Shown here piece after piece: positions 19,009 to 27,695 of a DNA stretch of 64,000 nucleotides. Each line of letters starts with the position of its first letter. Position 1 is the stretch's first letter. The translations under genes were made by a program, and so were the position numbers. Origin of the DNA: Myxococcota bacterium. Lineage in GTDB: Bacteria; Myxococcota_A; UBA9160; UBA4427. The stretch spans positions 5,312,001-5,376,000 of the forward strand of contig OZ252299.1 of assembly GCA_965250285.1 (NCBI GenBank). The letters run 5' to 3'. The notes under the pieces were generated by a model. That model was given only the letters and a program-made list of their open reading frames with translations, did no database searches and was not told where the DNA came from.

Positions 19009-20388
19009 CTACACGCGCGCCAGCGTCCCGAGCTGGGGCCCGCGCCACAGCTCGGCGGTGACGCGAAGCGCGCGCTCGAGGGCGGCGTGCCCGCGCGGCG
19101 CGCTGATCGAGAGCCGCACGGCCGGCGGCGCCTCGCCCGGCGTCGCGAGGAACACGTCGGCCGGGCTCACGCGCACGCCTCGCCGCTCGAGCTCGTTGGC
19201 GAAGCGCGCCGCCTGCCACGGGGCGGGCAAGCGCAGCCAGACGTGCTGCGAGCCCGGCCGCGTGACGTGCGGGATCCCGTCGAGTGCGCGCGCGACGATG
19301 GTATGGCGAGCGGCGAGCTCTTCGCGCAGCTGGCGCACGAGCACGCGGCCGTGCCCCGACTCGATCCAACGGCAGGCGACCTCTCCGCCGATGGGTGAGG
19401 CCATCCAAACTGAGCTCCACACCGCGTCGTGAGCGCGGCGGGGGTCGAGGCCGGGGCCTGCGAGGAACGCGACGCGCAGCCCGGGCGCCAGGCTCTTCGA
19501 GAGCGACACGATCGAGAGCGTGCGGCCGGGCACGAGCGTCGAGAAGCAGGGATGGGGATCGTCCACGATGCCCGTCTGAATGTCGTCGCGCACGATCGTC
19601 AGATCGAAGCGCTCGGCCAGCTCGGCGATCTGTTCGCGGCGTTCGGCGTCGAGGACGGCGGCGGTCGGGTTCTGCAGCGCGGGCATGCAGTAGAGCAGGC
19701 GGGGTCGCTCGGCGAGGCAGAGCGCCTCGAGCGCCCGGGGCACGATGCCGCGCTCGTCGCTCTCGACGGGCCGCACGCGCAGGCCGAGCGTGCGCGCCGC
19801 ACCGACGAAACCGGGATACGTGAGTGGCTCGCACACGACCGACTCACCGGGACCGACGGTGGCGGCGAGCGCTGCGAAGATCGCGTGTTGCGCGCCGGCG
19901 CACACGACCAGTCGATCGGGCGACACGTCGATGCCGAGCTCGGCGAGCCAGCGCGTGCCCGCCTCGCGCAGCCGGACATCGCCGCGCGGGTCGCGGTAGC
20001 CGAGGCGCGTTTCGAGATCGGGCTCGTCGGCGAGTGCGCGCAGCGCCTCGCGCCAGCCGGCGTGGGGCTCGGGCGGAGGCACGTTGACCGAAAGGTCGAT
20101 CGGCCCCGCGTCGTCGCTGGGCGACCGCACGGCGAGGGGCGCCGGGTGGGGTGCGCGCACGAACGTGCCGCGCCCGACTTCCCCCGATACGAGCCCGCGC
20201 CGGCGGGCCTCGGCGTAGGCGCGGCTCACGGTGCCGACGTTGACGCCGAGCCGGGCGGCCAGATCGCGGTGAGTCGGCAGCCGGTCTCCCTCTGCGAGCC
20301 GGCCCTCGGCGAGGTCGGTCTCGAGGGCGCGGGTGATCGCCAGGTAGACCGGTCCGGTCTCGTCGATCTCGGGCTGCCAGATTGTCAT
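19009..20388 (-). CDS. MocR/GabR-family transcriptional regulator (GntR HTH + PLP aminotransferase domain)
   Basis: LPTHRDLAARLGVNVGTVSRAY, GEVGRGTFV, GAQHAI, QNPT, SLSKSLAPGLRV. Confidence 0.93.
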   Translation of the reverse strand: MTIWQPEIDETGPVYLAITRALETDLAEGRLAEGDRLPTHRDLAARLGVNVGTVSRAYAEARRRGLVSGEVGRGTFVRAPHPAPLAVRSPSDDAGPIDLSVNVPPPEPHAGWREALRALADEPDLETRLGYRDPRGDVRLREAGTRWLAELGIDVSPDRLVVCAGAQHAIFAALAATVGPGESVVCEPLTYPGFVGAARTLGLRVRPVESDERGIVPRALEALCLAERPRLLYCMPALQNPTAAVLDAERREQIAELAERFDLTIVRDDIQTGIVDDPHPCFSTLVPGRTLSIVSLSKSLAPGLRVAFLAGPGLDPRRAHDAVWSSVWMASPIGGEVACRWIESGHGRVLVRQLREELAARHTIVARALDGIPHVTRPGSQHVWLRLPAPWQAARFANELERRGVRVSPADVFLATPGEAPPAVRLSISAPRGHAALERALRVTAELWRGPQLGTLARV

Positions 20389-20418
20389 GGTTACAATCCC
20401 AGATTGTTTCGAGTCAAT
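20381..20418. promoter_or_regulatory. Putative MocR operator (ATTGT-N7-ACAAT plus a second degenerate site)
   Basis: attgtcatggttacaat (20381-20397) overlaps the regulator start codon; attgtttcgagtcaat at 20403-20418; lies between divergent genes. Confidence 0.6.
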
Positions 20419-20475
20419 CAGTCGCCTATCTAGCACATTCTGCTGTGCCGCCGTTTCAGAGAGGGAGGATCGGCC

Positions 20476-21939
20476 ATGCCCCGCCCCGACCCGCGATTCG
20501 ACCACCAGGCCCTGCTCGCCGACGCCGCCGTTCGGGCGACGCGGTATCTCGCCGCGCTCGCCGAGCGCCCGGTCGCGCCTGGGCGCGAGGCCGTCGATCG
20601 CTTGCGCGCCTTCTCCGACCGCCCGCTGCCCGGCGCGCCGCTCGACCCTCGCGCGGTGCTGGCCGAGCTCGATCGAGTCGTGGCGCCGGCGACGCTGGCG
20701 AGCGCGGGGCCACGCTTCTTCGGCTGGGTCCATGGCGGCAGCCTGCCCGCGACCGTCGCGGCGAGCTGGCTGGCTGCGGCCTGGGACCAGAACGCGTTCG
20801 CATTTCAGTCGAGCCCCGGCGCGGTGGCCATCGAAGAGCTGGCCCTCGAGTGGACGCGCGATGCGCTCGGTCTGCCGCCCGGCGTGGCGGGCACGTTCGC
20901 GACCGGCGCGACCATGGCGAACTTCAGCGCCCTGGCGGCGGCGCGTCATCGCGTGCTCGCCCGCGTCGGCCACGACGTCGAGCGCGATGGCCTGATCGGT
21001 GCGCCACCGATCACCGTGGCGACCAGCGCCGAGAGCCACCCGACCGTGCGCAAGGGCCTCGGGCTGCTCGGTCTCGGCCGGGCGCGCTCGGTCGAGCTCG
21101 CCGTCGATGCCGAGGGCCGCATCGATCTCGCGCGGCTGCCCGATGTCGAGGGGCCGGTCATCGTCTGCGCCCAGGCGGGCAACGTGAACAGCGGCGCGTG
21201 CGATCCCGTCGCCGGCCTGCGCGACTGGGTCGACGCGCGCAATGGCTGGCTGCACGTCGACGGTGCTTTCGGGCTCTGGGCTCAGGCCTCGCCCCGCCTG
21301 CGTGCGCTCACCGAAGGCGTCGACTGCGCCGACTCGTGGGCGACCGACGGCCACAAGTGGCTGAACGTGCCGTACGACTGCGGCATCGCCTTCGTGCGCG
21401 ATGCCGAGGCCCTGCGTGCGGCGATGGCGTTCGACGCGGCGTATCTGCCCGGCGCCTCGACCGAAGCGCCGGCCGAGGCGGCTCCGCGCGAGCCGTATCA
21501 AACCGGCCTCGAAACCTCGCGCCGGGCGCGCGGCCTCGAGGTCTTCGCGGCACTGCGCAGTCTCGGGCGAGACGGCCTCGCCGAGATGATCGAACGCTGC
21601 TGCGCGCACGCCCGTCGCTTCGCCGAGGGGTTGCGCGCCGCGGGCCACACCGTGCTGAACGACGTCGTCCTGAACCAGGTGGTCGTGCGCTTCGGCGACG
21701 CCCGACAGAACGCCGCGGTGATCGAGCGGATCCAGCGCGCGGGTGAGTGCTGGTGCGGACCCACGCATTGGCAGGGCCAGAGCGCCATGCGCATCAGCGT
21801 GTCGTGCTGGGCGACGCGCGAGGCCGACGTCGAGCGCAGCCTCGACTCGATCCTCGCTTGCGCCGAGGCGGTGCTCGGCTCGTCGGGCGCCGAGAAAAGG
21901 GGCTTCGGCGCAGGCGGCACGCGCGCTCGGGCGGTCTGA
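20476..21939 (+). CDS. Group II PLP-dependent decarboxylase
   Basis: PRFFGWVHGG, GATMAN, WLHVDGAFG, ADSWATDGHKWLNVPYDCG. Confidence 0.92.
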   Translation: MPRPDPRFDHQALLADAAVRATRYLAALAERPVAPGREAVDRLRAFSDRPLPGAPLDPRAVLAELDRVVAPATLASAGPRFFGWVHGGSLPATVAASWLAAAWDQNAFAFQSSPGAVAIEELALEWTRDALGLPPGVAGTFATGATMANFSALAAARHRVLARVGHDVERDGLIGAPPITVATSAESHPTVRKGLGLLGLGRARSVELAVDAEGRIDLARLPDVEGPVIVCAQAGNVNSGACDPVAGLRDWVDARNGWLHVDGAFGLWAQASPRLRALTEGVDCADSWATDGHKWLNVPYDCGIAFVRDAEALRAAMAFDAAYLPGASTEAPAEAAPREPYQTGLETSRRARGLEVFAALRSLGRDGLAEMIERCCAHARRFAEGLRAAGHTVLNDVVLNQVVVRFGDARQNAAVIERIQRAGECWCGPTHWQGQSAMRISVSCWATREADVERSLDSILACAEAVLGSSGAEKRGFGAGGTRARAV

Positions 21940-22019
21940 GGCCGCCGAGGCGCCGCGTTCGAAACGAAGGGCCATCGGCGGCATCCTCAAGGGGTCAGGC
22001 AACCCGACCGGAGACCCCC

Positions 22020-22508
22020 ATGGCCGACGAGATCTACGACTACCCCGTGCGCACGATCGAGGGCCAGGACACGACGCTGGCCGACCACCGCGGCGAGGTG
22101 ATGCTGATCGTGAACACCGCGAGCAAGTGCGGCTTCACCCCGCAGTACGACGGGCTCGAGAAGCTGCACGCGCAGTACCACGACCGTGGCCTCGCCGTGC
22201 TCGGCTTCCCCTGCAACCAGTTCGGTGGACAGGAGCCCGGCGGGTCGGACGAGATCCAGGAGTTCTGCAAGGTGCGCTACGGCGTGACGTTCCCGCTCTT
22301 CGAGAAGATCGACGTGAACGGCGCGCACGCGCATCCGCTCTTCGAGCACCTGAAGAACGCGGCGCCCGGCGTGCTCGGCAGCCGCAACGTGAAGTGGAAC
22401 TTCACGAAGTTCCTCGTGAGCAAGGACGGTCGGGTGCTCGAGCGCTTCGCACCGTCGACCAAGCCCGGGGCGATCGAGAAGAAGATCGAGGCCGAGCTCG
22501 CGAAGTAG
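22020..22508 (+). CDS. Glutathione peroxidase (Cys-type)
   Basis: VNTASKCGFTPQY (TGC codon), LGFPCNQFGGQEPG, KWNFTKFL. Confidence 0.95.
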   Translation: MADEIYDYPVRTIEGQDTTLADHRGEVMLIVNTASKCGFTPQYDGLEKLHAQYHDRGLAVLGFPCNQFGGQEPGGSDEIQEFCKVRYGVTFPLFEKIDVNGAHAHPLFEHLKNAAPGVLGSRNVKWNFTKFLVSKDGRVLERFAPSTKPGAIEKKIEAELAK

Positions 22509-22520
22509 CGCGCGGCGCGC

Positions 22521-23147
22521 CTAGCCGAGCGGCGAATCCTGCCCGTCTTCGATGGGCACGACGTCGTGGGGTGTGCAGACGTCGCCCTCGAACTCGTAGA
22601 TGCGTCCGTGCGCGTGGCGTGAGAGCGCGCGGCGCTCGTCGTCGCCCAGACCGAGCCAGGCCGTGCGAAACGCGCGCGAGAAGCCACCGTGACTGACCAG
22701 CACGATCGTGTCGTGGGGTCGGGCCTCTTCGAGCCAGCGCCGGGCCCGGGCGAGGACGTCGAGTCTCGATTCGCCGCCGGGGGCCTTCGTCTCCCACTGG
22801 CGCCAGGCCTCGCGGGTCAGGCCGTGGCGTGCCTCGATCTCGGGCCAGTCGAGGCCTTCGAGCTGGCCGACGTCGTGCTCGGCGAGCAGCGGATCGATCG
22901 TGAACGCCGCGAGCGAGACGCCGAGGGCGTCGGCGAGAAGGCTCGCCGTCTGACGCGTGCGTCCCATCGGGCTCGCGTAGAATCCAATGCGCTGGGGATC
23001 TGTACCGGCGAGGGCCGACTTCAAGAAGTCGCCGTACGCGATGCAGAGCTCGACCCCACGCAGGGTGAGCGGTGAGTCGGCCTGGCCCTGGAGCCGGCCC
23101 GCCCGGTTCCAGGCCGTCTCGCCGTGGCGAATGAAGAACACGCGCAT
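22521..23147 (-). CDS. Histidine phosphatase family protein
   Basis: RHGETAWN, ASPMGRTRQT, PGGES, VSHGG. Confidence 0.9.
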   Translation of the reverse strand: MRVFFIRHGETAWNRAGRLQGQADSPLTLRGVELCIAYGDFLKSALAGTDPQRIGFYASPMGRTRQTASLLADALGVSLAAFTIDPLLAEHDVGQLEGLDWPEIEARHGLTREAWRQWETKAPGGESRLDVLARARRWLEEARPHDTIVLVSHGGFSRAFRTAWLGLGDDERRALSRHAHGRIYEFEGDVCTPHDVVPIEDGQDSPLG

Positions 23148-23336
23148 GAGGCTCAGCTAGCACACGCTTCGCCGCCGCACATCGGGCGGCGGACGTGGGC
23201 AGCTGGCGGAGCGCGGCGATCCCGCGCGGCTCTGTACCATTGCCGGGCGCGCCCCTCGCCCCGATCTCGACGCCGGCGCACCCGCGTCGGCGAGCACGTG
23301 GCCCACCGAAGGCGAGTCGACGCAGGGAGAGCCGCG

Positions 23337-24008
23337 ATGTCGGGAGCTCAGGCGAGCGCAGCTGTGCGCACCGAGGCGCGCCCGCGCGGTCGCTGGCCGG
23401 TGGGGGGGTGGCTGGTTGCGGGCCTGGCGATCGGTGTCGCGGTCTGGGTCGGCATCGCGCAGGCGACGCCCCAGGGCGTCGATCCGCTCCCGGTGGTGAA
23501 CCGCTGGCTCGTGCGGGCCGGCCTGCCGTTCTTCGTGCTGCTGTTCGCGGCGGGCCCGATCGCGCGGCTGCGCGCCACGCCTTGGACCCGTCGGCTCGTG
23601 CGCGAGCGCCGCGGGGTCGGTCTCTGCTGGGCGATGATCCATCTGACGCACGCGGCGGCAATCATGGCGAGCTGGGGGGGCGAAGGGGGCGAGCTGCCCG
23701 ACGCGGTGACGCTCGTCGTGGGTGGCTTCGGGTTCGTGCTCACGGCGCTCTTGGCCGCGACCTCGAACGATGCGTCCCAGCGCGCGCTCGGCCGGCGCTG
23801 GGTGCGCCTCCACCGCACGGGCATCTGGTACCTGATGTTCATCTACGTCGTGTCGTACGCGGGCAACGTCGCCGAGCAGCCGACAGCGTGGAAGACGATC
23901 GCGCTGGCGCTGATGCTGGGCCTGGTCGGTCTGCGGGCCGCCGCGTGGTGGCTGCGGCGCCGCCGCGCCAGCGGGGCCTCCGTCGCCTCTCTCGCCGCCG
24001 GTGCATAG
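23337..24008 (+). CDS. Ferric reductase-like transmembrane protein (MsrQ-like)
   Basis: RRGVGL...IHLTH, LAATSND, LGRRWVRLHR; multiple TM segments. Confidence 0.78.
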   Translation: MSGAQASAAVRTEARPRGRWPVGGWLVAGLAIGVAVWVGIAQATPQGVDPLPVVNRWLVRAGLPFFVLLFAAGPIARLRATPWTRRLVRERRGVGLCWAMIHLTHAAAIMASWGGEGGELPDAVTLVVGGFGFVLTALLAATSNDASQRALGRRWVRLHRTGIWYLMFIYVVSYAGNVAEQPTAWKTIALALMLGLVGLRAAAWWLRRRRASGASVASLAAGA

Positions 24009-24110
24009 GTACAAAAATTAATTAAAACAGATATTTGCGAGTGAATCTGCGCACTGCGGCGAGCTCGGTCATGGCACCCCGCTCGAGGCTGCGGCTAGAC
24101 TCGGCGATGC

Positions 24111-24129
24111 GAGTTCGTTTGTAGAACTC
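24111..24129. promoter_or_regulatory. Palindromic operator candidate downstream of a TAGACT -10 element
   Basis: gagttc-gtttgta-gaactc; TAGACT at 24096-24101. Confidence 0.45.
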
Positions 24130-24180
24130 ACATGGATCGGCTCGAAGCCGGCCGACTCGTCCACCAAGCGCGCCCTGGAG

Positions 24181-24771
24181 ATGCCCGTGGCCAAATCGTT
24201 CGACTACTTCCTCGACTTCGCGAGCCCGTACACCTACCTCTGCGACTCGCAGATCCCCGGGTTGCTCGAGCGCACCGGCGCCGAGGTCGTCTACAAGCCG
24301 ATGGTGCTCGGTGCGGTCATGGTGGCCACGGGCAACAAGCCGCCGGGCAGCGTGCCCGCGAAGGGCGCCTACATGGCGCAGGACCTGCCGCGTTGGCTGA
24401 AGCGCTATGGCCTCGACTTCGCGCCCAACCCGCACTTTCCCGTGCGCACGATTCTGCCGCTGCGCGCAGCGCTCGTCGCGATGGAAGAGGGCGGCTTCCC
24501 CGAGCTCAAGGCCTCGATCTTCAAGGCGGTGTGGACCGAGAAGATCGACCCCAATGAGGTCGACCAGCTGAAGCCGGTGATCGCGCGTGCCGGGCTCGAC
24601 GCCGATCACGTGCTCGAGCGCACCGGCGACCCGTCGATCAAGGACCAGCTCAAGAAGAACACCGACGAGGCGATCGAGCGCGGCGTGTTCGGCGCGCCCA
24701 CGATCTTCGTCGGCGACGACATGTTCTTCGGCAACGACCGCCTCGACTTCGTCGAAGAAGCGCTGCGTTGA
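24181..24771 (+). CDS. 2-hydroxychromene-2-carboxylate isomerase / kappa-GST (DsbA-like) protein
   Basis: YFLDFASPYTY, NPHFP, GVFGAPTIFV, FFGNDRL. Confidence 0.9.
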   Translation: MPVAKSFDYFLDFASPYTYLCDSQIPGLLERTGAEVVYKPMVLGAVMVATGNKPPGSVPAKGAYMAQDLPRWLKRYGLDFAPNPHFPVRTILPLRAALVAMEEGGFPELKASIFKAVWTEKIDPNEVDQLKPVIARAGLDADHVLERTGDPSIKDQLKKNTDEAIERGVFGAPTIFVGDDMFFGNDRLDFVEEALR

Positions 24772-25559
24772 GCGCGGCTGCGCCGGGCGGCGCCGGAGAG
24801 CAGGGCGGACAAGATGGGCAGGGTGGCCCCGGTGGAGAGCGGCGAGCCGCGTTGATCATCGGCGCAGGCGAGAGCACGGGCGGCGCCATCGCCAAGCGCT
24901 TCGCGCGCGAGGGCCTGGTGGCCGTGTGCACGCGGCGCAACGCCGATGGGCTCGATCCACTCGTGAAGGAGATCGAAGAGGCGGGCGGTCAGGCCATCGC
25001 CGTCGGCTGCGACGCCCGCGATGAAGACCAGATGACCCAGCTCTTCGAGCACATCGAGAAAGAGATCGCGCCGCTCGAGGTCGCGGTTTTCAACCCGGGT
25101 GCGAACGTGAACTTTCCGATCGTCGAGACGACGAGCCGCGTCTATCGCAAGGTCTGGGAGATGGCGTGCTTCGCGGGCTTCTTGACGGGGCGTGAGGCCG
25201 CTCGCGTCATGACGCCGCGGGGGCACGGCACGATCCTCTTCACGGGCGCGACGGCCAGCCTGCGCGGGGGCGCCGGGTTCTCGGCGTTCGCGGGCGCCAA
25301 GCACGCCCTGCGCGCGCTCGCGGGCAGCATGGCGCGCGAGCTCGGCCCGAAGGGCATCCACGTCGGTCACATCGTCGTCGACGGCGCGATCGATACGCCG
25401 TGGATCCGCGAGAACTTCAAGGCGATGGTCGAAGCGCGGCCCGAAGACGGGCTGCTCGACCCCGACGCGATCGCCGAAGCGTACTGGCAGCTGCACGCGC
25501 AGCCGCGCAACGCATGGACGTTCGAGCTCGATCTGCGGCCGTTCGACGAGCGGTGGTAG
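24768..25559 (+). CDS. SDR family oxidoreductase
   Basis: IIGAGESTG, FNPGAN, TGATASLRG, FAGAK, ARELGPKGIHV, WTFELDLRP. Confidence 0.9.
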   Translation: MSAAAPGGAGEQGGQDGQGGPGGERRAALIIGAGESTGGAIAKRFAREGLVAVCTRRNADGLDPLVKEIEEAGGQAIAVGCDARDEDQMTQLFEHIEKEIAPLEVAVFNPGANVNFPIVETTSRVYRKVWEMACFAGFLTGREAARVMTPRGHGTILFTGATASLRGGAGFSAFAGAKHALRALAGSMARELGPKGIHVGHIVVDGAIDTPWIRENFKAMVEARPEDGLLDPDAIAEAYWQLHAQPRNAWTFELDLRPFDERW

Positions 25560-25626
25560 CAGGGCGAGTCGCCTGAGACCGATCGGTCCGCGACGCGGTC
25601 GTGCCGCGGAGCTGACTCGACGGTGA

Positions 25627-26613
25627 CTACTCGGCGACCGGGTACGGCCCGTCGCTGAAGACCTCGTCGTGATAGCCCTTCGAGCCGACCCGCTGCGCGA
25701 GGTCGCTCCAGATGGGGTCGCCGCGCTCGAGCCGATCGAGCATTGCCGAGAAGTCGACCTGGGGCCGCCAGCCGAGCTCGCGCCTCGCCTTCTCGTTCAC
25801 GTAGACACGCTCGAGGCCCGGGAACATTCGCCAGCCCCGCGCGCGGTAGAGCGCGTCGAAGCGCGGCTCGCGTTCACGCACCACGTCGTGGGCGTGCGAC
25901 CGGAGCCGCGCTGTGTCGCTCTGGGCGAAGGGTGTCGTTGCGCTGATGATGTAGCGGCCAAAGCCGATGGCGCCGGCGTGCTCGATGGCTGCCCGGTGCG
26001 CGTCGACCGCATCGGCGAGATCGACCCGCCGATACAGGTACTCGTTGACCTTCACGTTCTCGTCGTCGTAGGCGTCGCGTACCTCGCGGCGATCGTCGGC
26101 CTCCATGAAGAAGCGCGACGTGCGCAGGATCAAGCAGGGGAGGCCCTCGGTCCGGTGGAACAGCTCGCACAGGTTCTCGGCCGAGAGCTTCGTCACGCCG
26201 TAGATGTTCCTCGGCTGGGGCGTGACCGCTTCGGTGATCCACGCCGCCGGCGCGCCTTCGTCGGGGGTGTTCGCCCGGCCGAACGTGCTCGTCGTGCTCG
26301 TGAAGACGAACCGCCCCACGCCGTTCGAGATCGCCTCTTCGAGCAGATTCAGCGTGCCGACCACGTTCGTATCGACGAAGGCCTGACGCGAGTGCGTGGC
26401 GACGTGCGGCTTGTGCAGCGTGGCTGTGTGGACCACCGCCTCGGCGCCGGCGAGCGCGTCCTTCAGGGCGGCGCGATCCGTCACGGAGGCGACGAGATCG
26501 GTCTGCTCGCCGGGGCGGACGTCGATGCCGATCACCTCGTCGCCGCGGCCTCGCAGCGTCGACGCGAGCCCCACGCCCAGGTGTCCGGAGCTGCCGGTGA
26601 CGACGACCTTCAT
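25627..26613 (-). CDS. NAD-dependent epimerase/dehydratase family protein
   Basis: VVVTGSSGHLG, HTATLHKPH, FTSTT, YGVTK. Confidence 0.9.
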   Translation of the reverse strand: MKVVVTGSSGHLGVGLASTLRGRGDEVIGIDVRPGEQTDLVASVTDRAALKDALAGAEAVVHTATLHKPHVATHSRQAFVDTNVVGTLNLLEEAISNGVGRFVFTSTTSTFGRANTPDEGAPAAWITEAVTPQPRNIYGVTKLSAENLCELFHRTEGLPCLILRTSRFFMEADDRREVRDAYDDENVKVNEYLYRRVDLADAVDAHRAAIEHAGAIGFGRYIISATTPFAQSDTARLRSHAHDVVREREPRFDALYRARGWRMFPGLERVYVNEKARRELGWRPQVDFSAMLDRLERGDPIWSDLAQRVGSKGYHDEVFSDGPYPVAE

Positions 26614-26848
26614 AGTGGAGACTCCGATGCGGCGGAGCGGTGCGGGGCGATGGCGAGAGTCTAAGGTGTCCGAGATGCGCTTGGCCCCTCGGGTGGAGCG
26701 GGCTGCGGTGGGTGCAATCGCTCGATCGAAACGGGCACGCTGTGGGCGACTCAACCGATCCAACGCCCGTGCGACTGAGTCACTTCGAAACATCCGGGTC
26801 GTTCGCGTCGAGGCGACTGACGTGTGCACGCAGTGCCGGCGCCTTCAC

Positions 26849-26886
26849 GTCGACTTCTCCCCCGGGTGCGCTATGGTGCGCGCCCC
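26849..26886 (+). promoter_or_regulatory. Putative sigma70-type tRNA promoter with GC-rich discriminator
   Basis: gtcgac-17nt-tatggt followed by gcgcgcccc, about 110 nt upstream of the tRNA. Confidence 0.45.
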
Positions 26887-26987
26887 GCTTCGGGCGAGGG
26901 CGCTGCCCCGCCCGCCTCTTGGGCCCGGCCCGGGCCCGGGGTGCGGCTCCCAGCGAGCCGGGGGCGACGAAGGCGAAGAAGACATGG

Positions 26988-27064
26988 GCGCCCGTAGCTC
27001 AGCTGGATAGAGCATCGGCTTGCGGAGCCGGGGGTCGCACGTTCGAATCGTGCCGGGCGCGCCA
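26988..27064 (+). tRNA. tRNA-Arg: tRNA-Arg (anticodon GCG)
   Basis: 77 nt cloverleaf: acceptor GCGCCCG/CGGGCGC, D-loop AGCTGGATA (A20), anticodon stem TCGGC/GCCGG with loop TTGCGGA, T-arm GCACG-TTCGAAT-CGTGC, G73 and encoded CCA. Confidence 0.95.
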
Positions 27065-27213
27065 TCTTCTTCTTTCTCTCTCGAATTCTTCTGTCTCGGT
27101 CCCTTCGAACCATTCCTGGGGACGGATGGTCGGCGCCCTCGTGGGCGCGCCGCGCCGCCGGGCGTTGCCTCTCGCGTGCGCGCGCGCTTCCCTCGGACCG
27201 GGGAGCGTTCGAG

Positions 27214-27645
27214 ATGCGGCTGCGACGCGGGGGTGTGGTCTCGGTCTGGGTGGTGCTCGGGATGCTCGCGTGCGCGAGCGATCCACCCGGGTTCCCGCCG
27301 CTCGAGGTGAGCCATCACTTTCGAACCACGAAGGCGGCGTTCGAGTTCGACGCGCGCTCGCGGCATGCGCGCTACGTGCTCGCCTACGCGGTGACGGTGC
27401 CGTTCCCCGAGCCGGTGCTGCTCAAGGTCGAGTTTCAGAACCCGATCAACCCCAATCGCCCGTTTCGCGTCGAGCGCGAGCTCGACCCGGGCGAGACCCA
27501 CATCACGGTGCACTCGGGCACGCTCCCCCCACTCAGGCGCAATGGCGTCTACGAGACGGTGCTGACCGCCCACGCCCTGCACAATGACCTCGAGCTGGCG
27601 CGGCACGTGCAGCCGGTTCGGTTCGTACGGGGGACGCGGCTGTGA
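27214..27645 (+). CDS. Hypothetical secreted protein/lipoprotein
   Basis: Hydrophobic leader ending MLAC; GC3-biased codons; beta-rich composition. Confidence 0.6.
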   Translation: MRLRRGGVVSVWVVLGMLACASDPPGFPPLEVSHHFRTTKAAFEFDARSRHARYVLAYAVTVPFPEPVLLKVEFQNPINPNRPFRVERELDPGETHITVHSGTLPPLRRNGVYETVLTAHALHNDLELARHVQPVRFVRGTRL

Positions 27646-27695
27646 GCGAGACCGACGCCGCGTGAAGCCCCGCGCTCCGCGCACGCGGGCCGCGT

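Noticed and set aside
19009..22002. 997-aa ORF as an extended MocR fusion
   Set aside because: The first 538 codons are antisense to the decarboxylase; the GntR HTH begins at the ATG at 20388.
23241..23253. 13-bp match to the tRNA 3' end (tgccgggcgcgcc) as an att site
   Set aside because: It is short, almost all GC, lies upstream of the tRNA rather than downstream, and no integrase is present.
24000..24027. dif-like Xer site in the AT-rich tract
   Set aside because: Only about 6 of 11 matches per arm to the E. coli dif, and it lacks the inner TAA/TTA symmetry.
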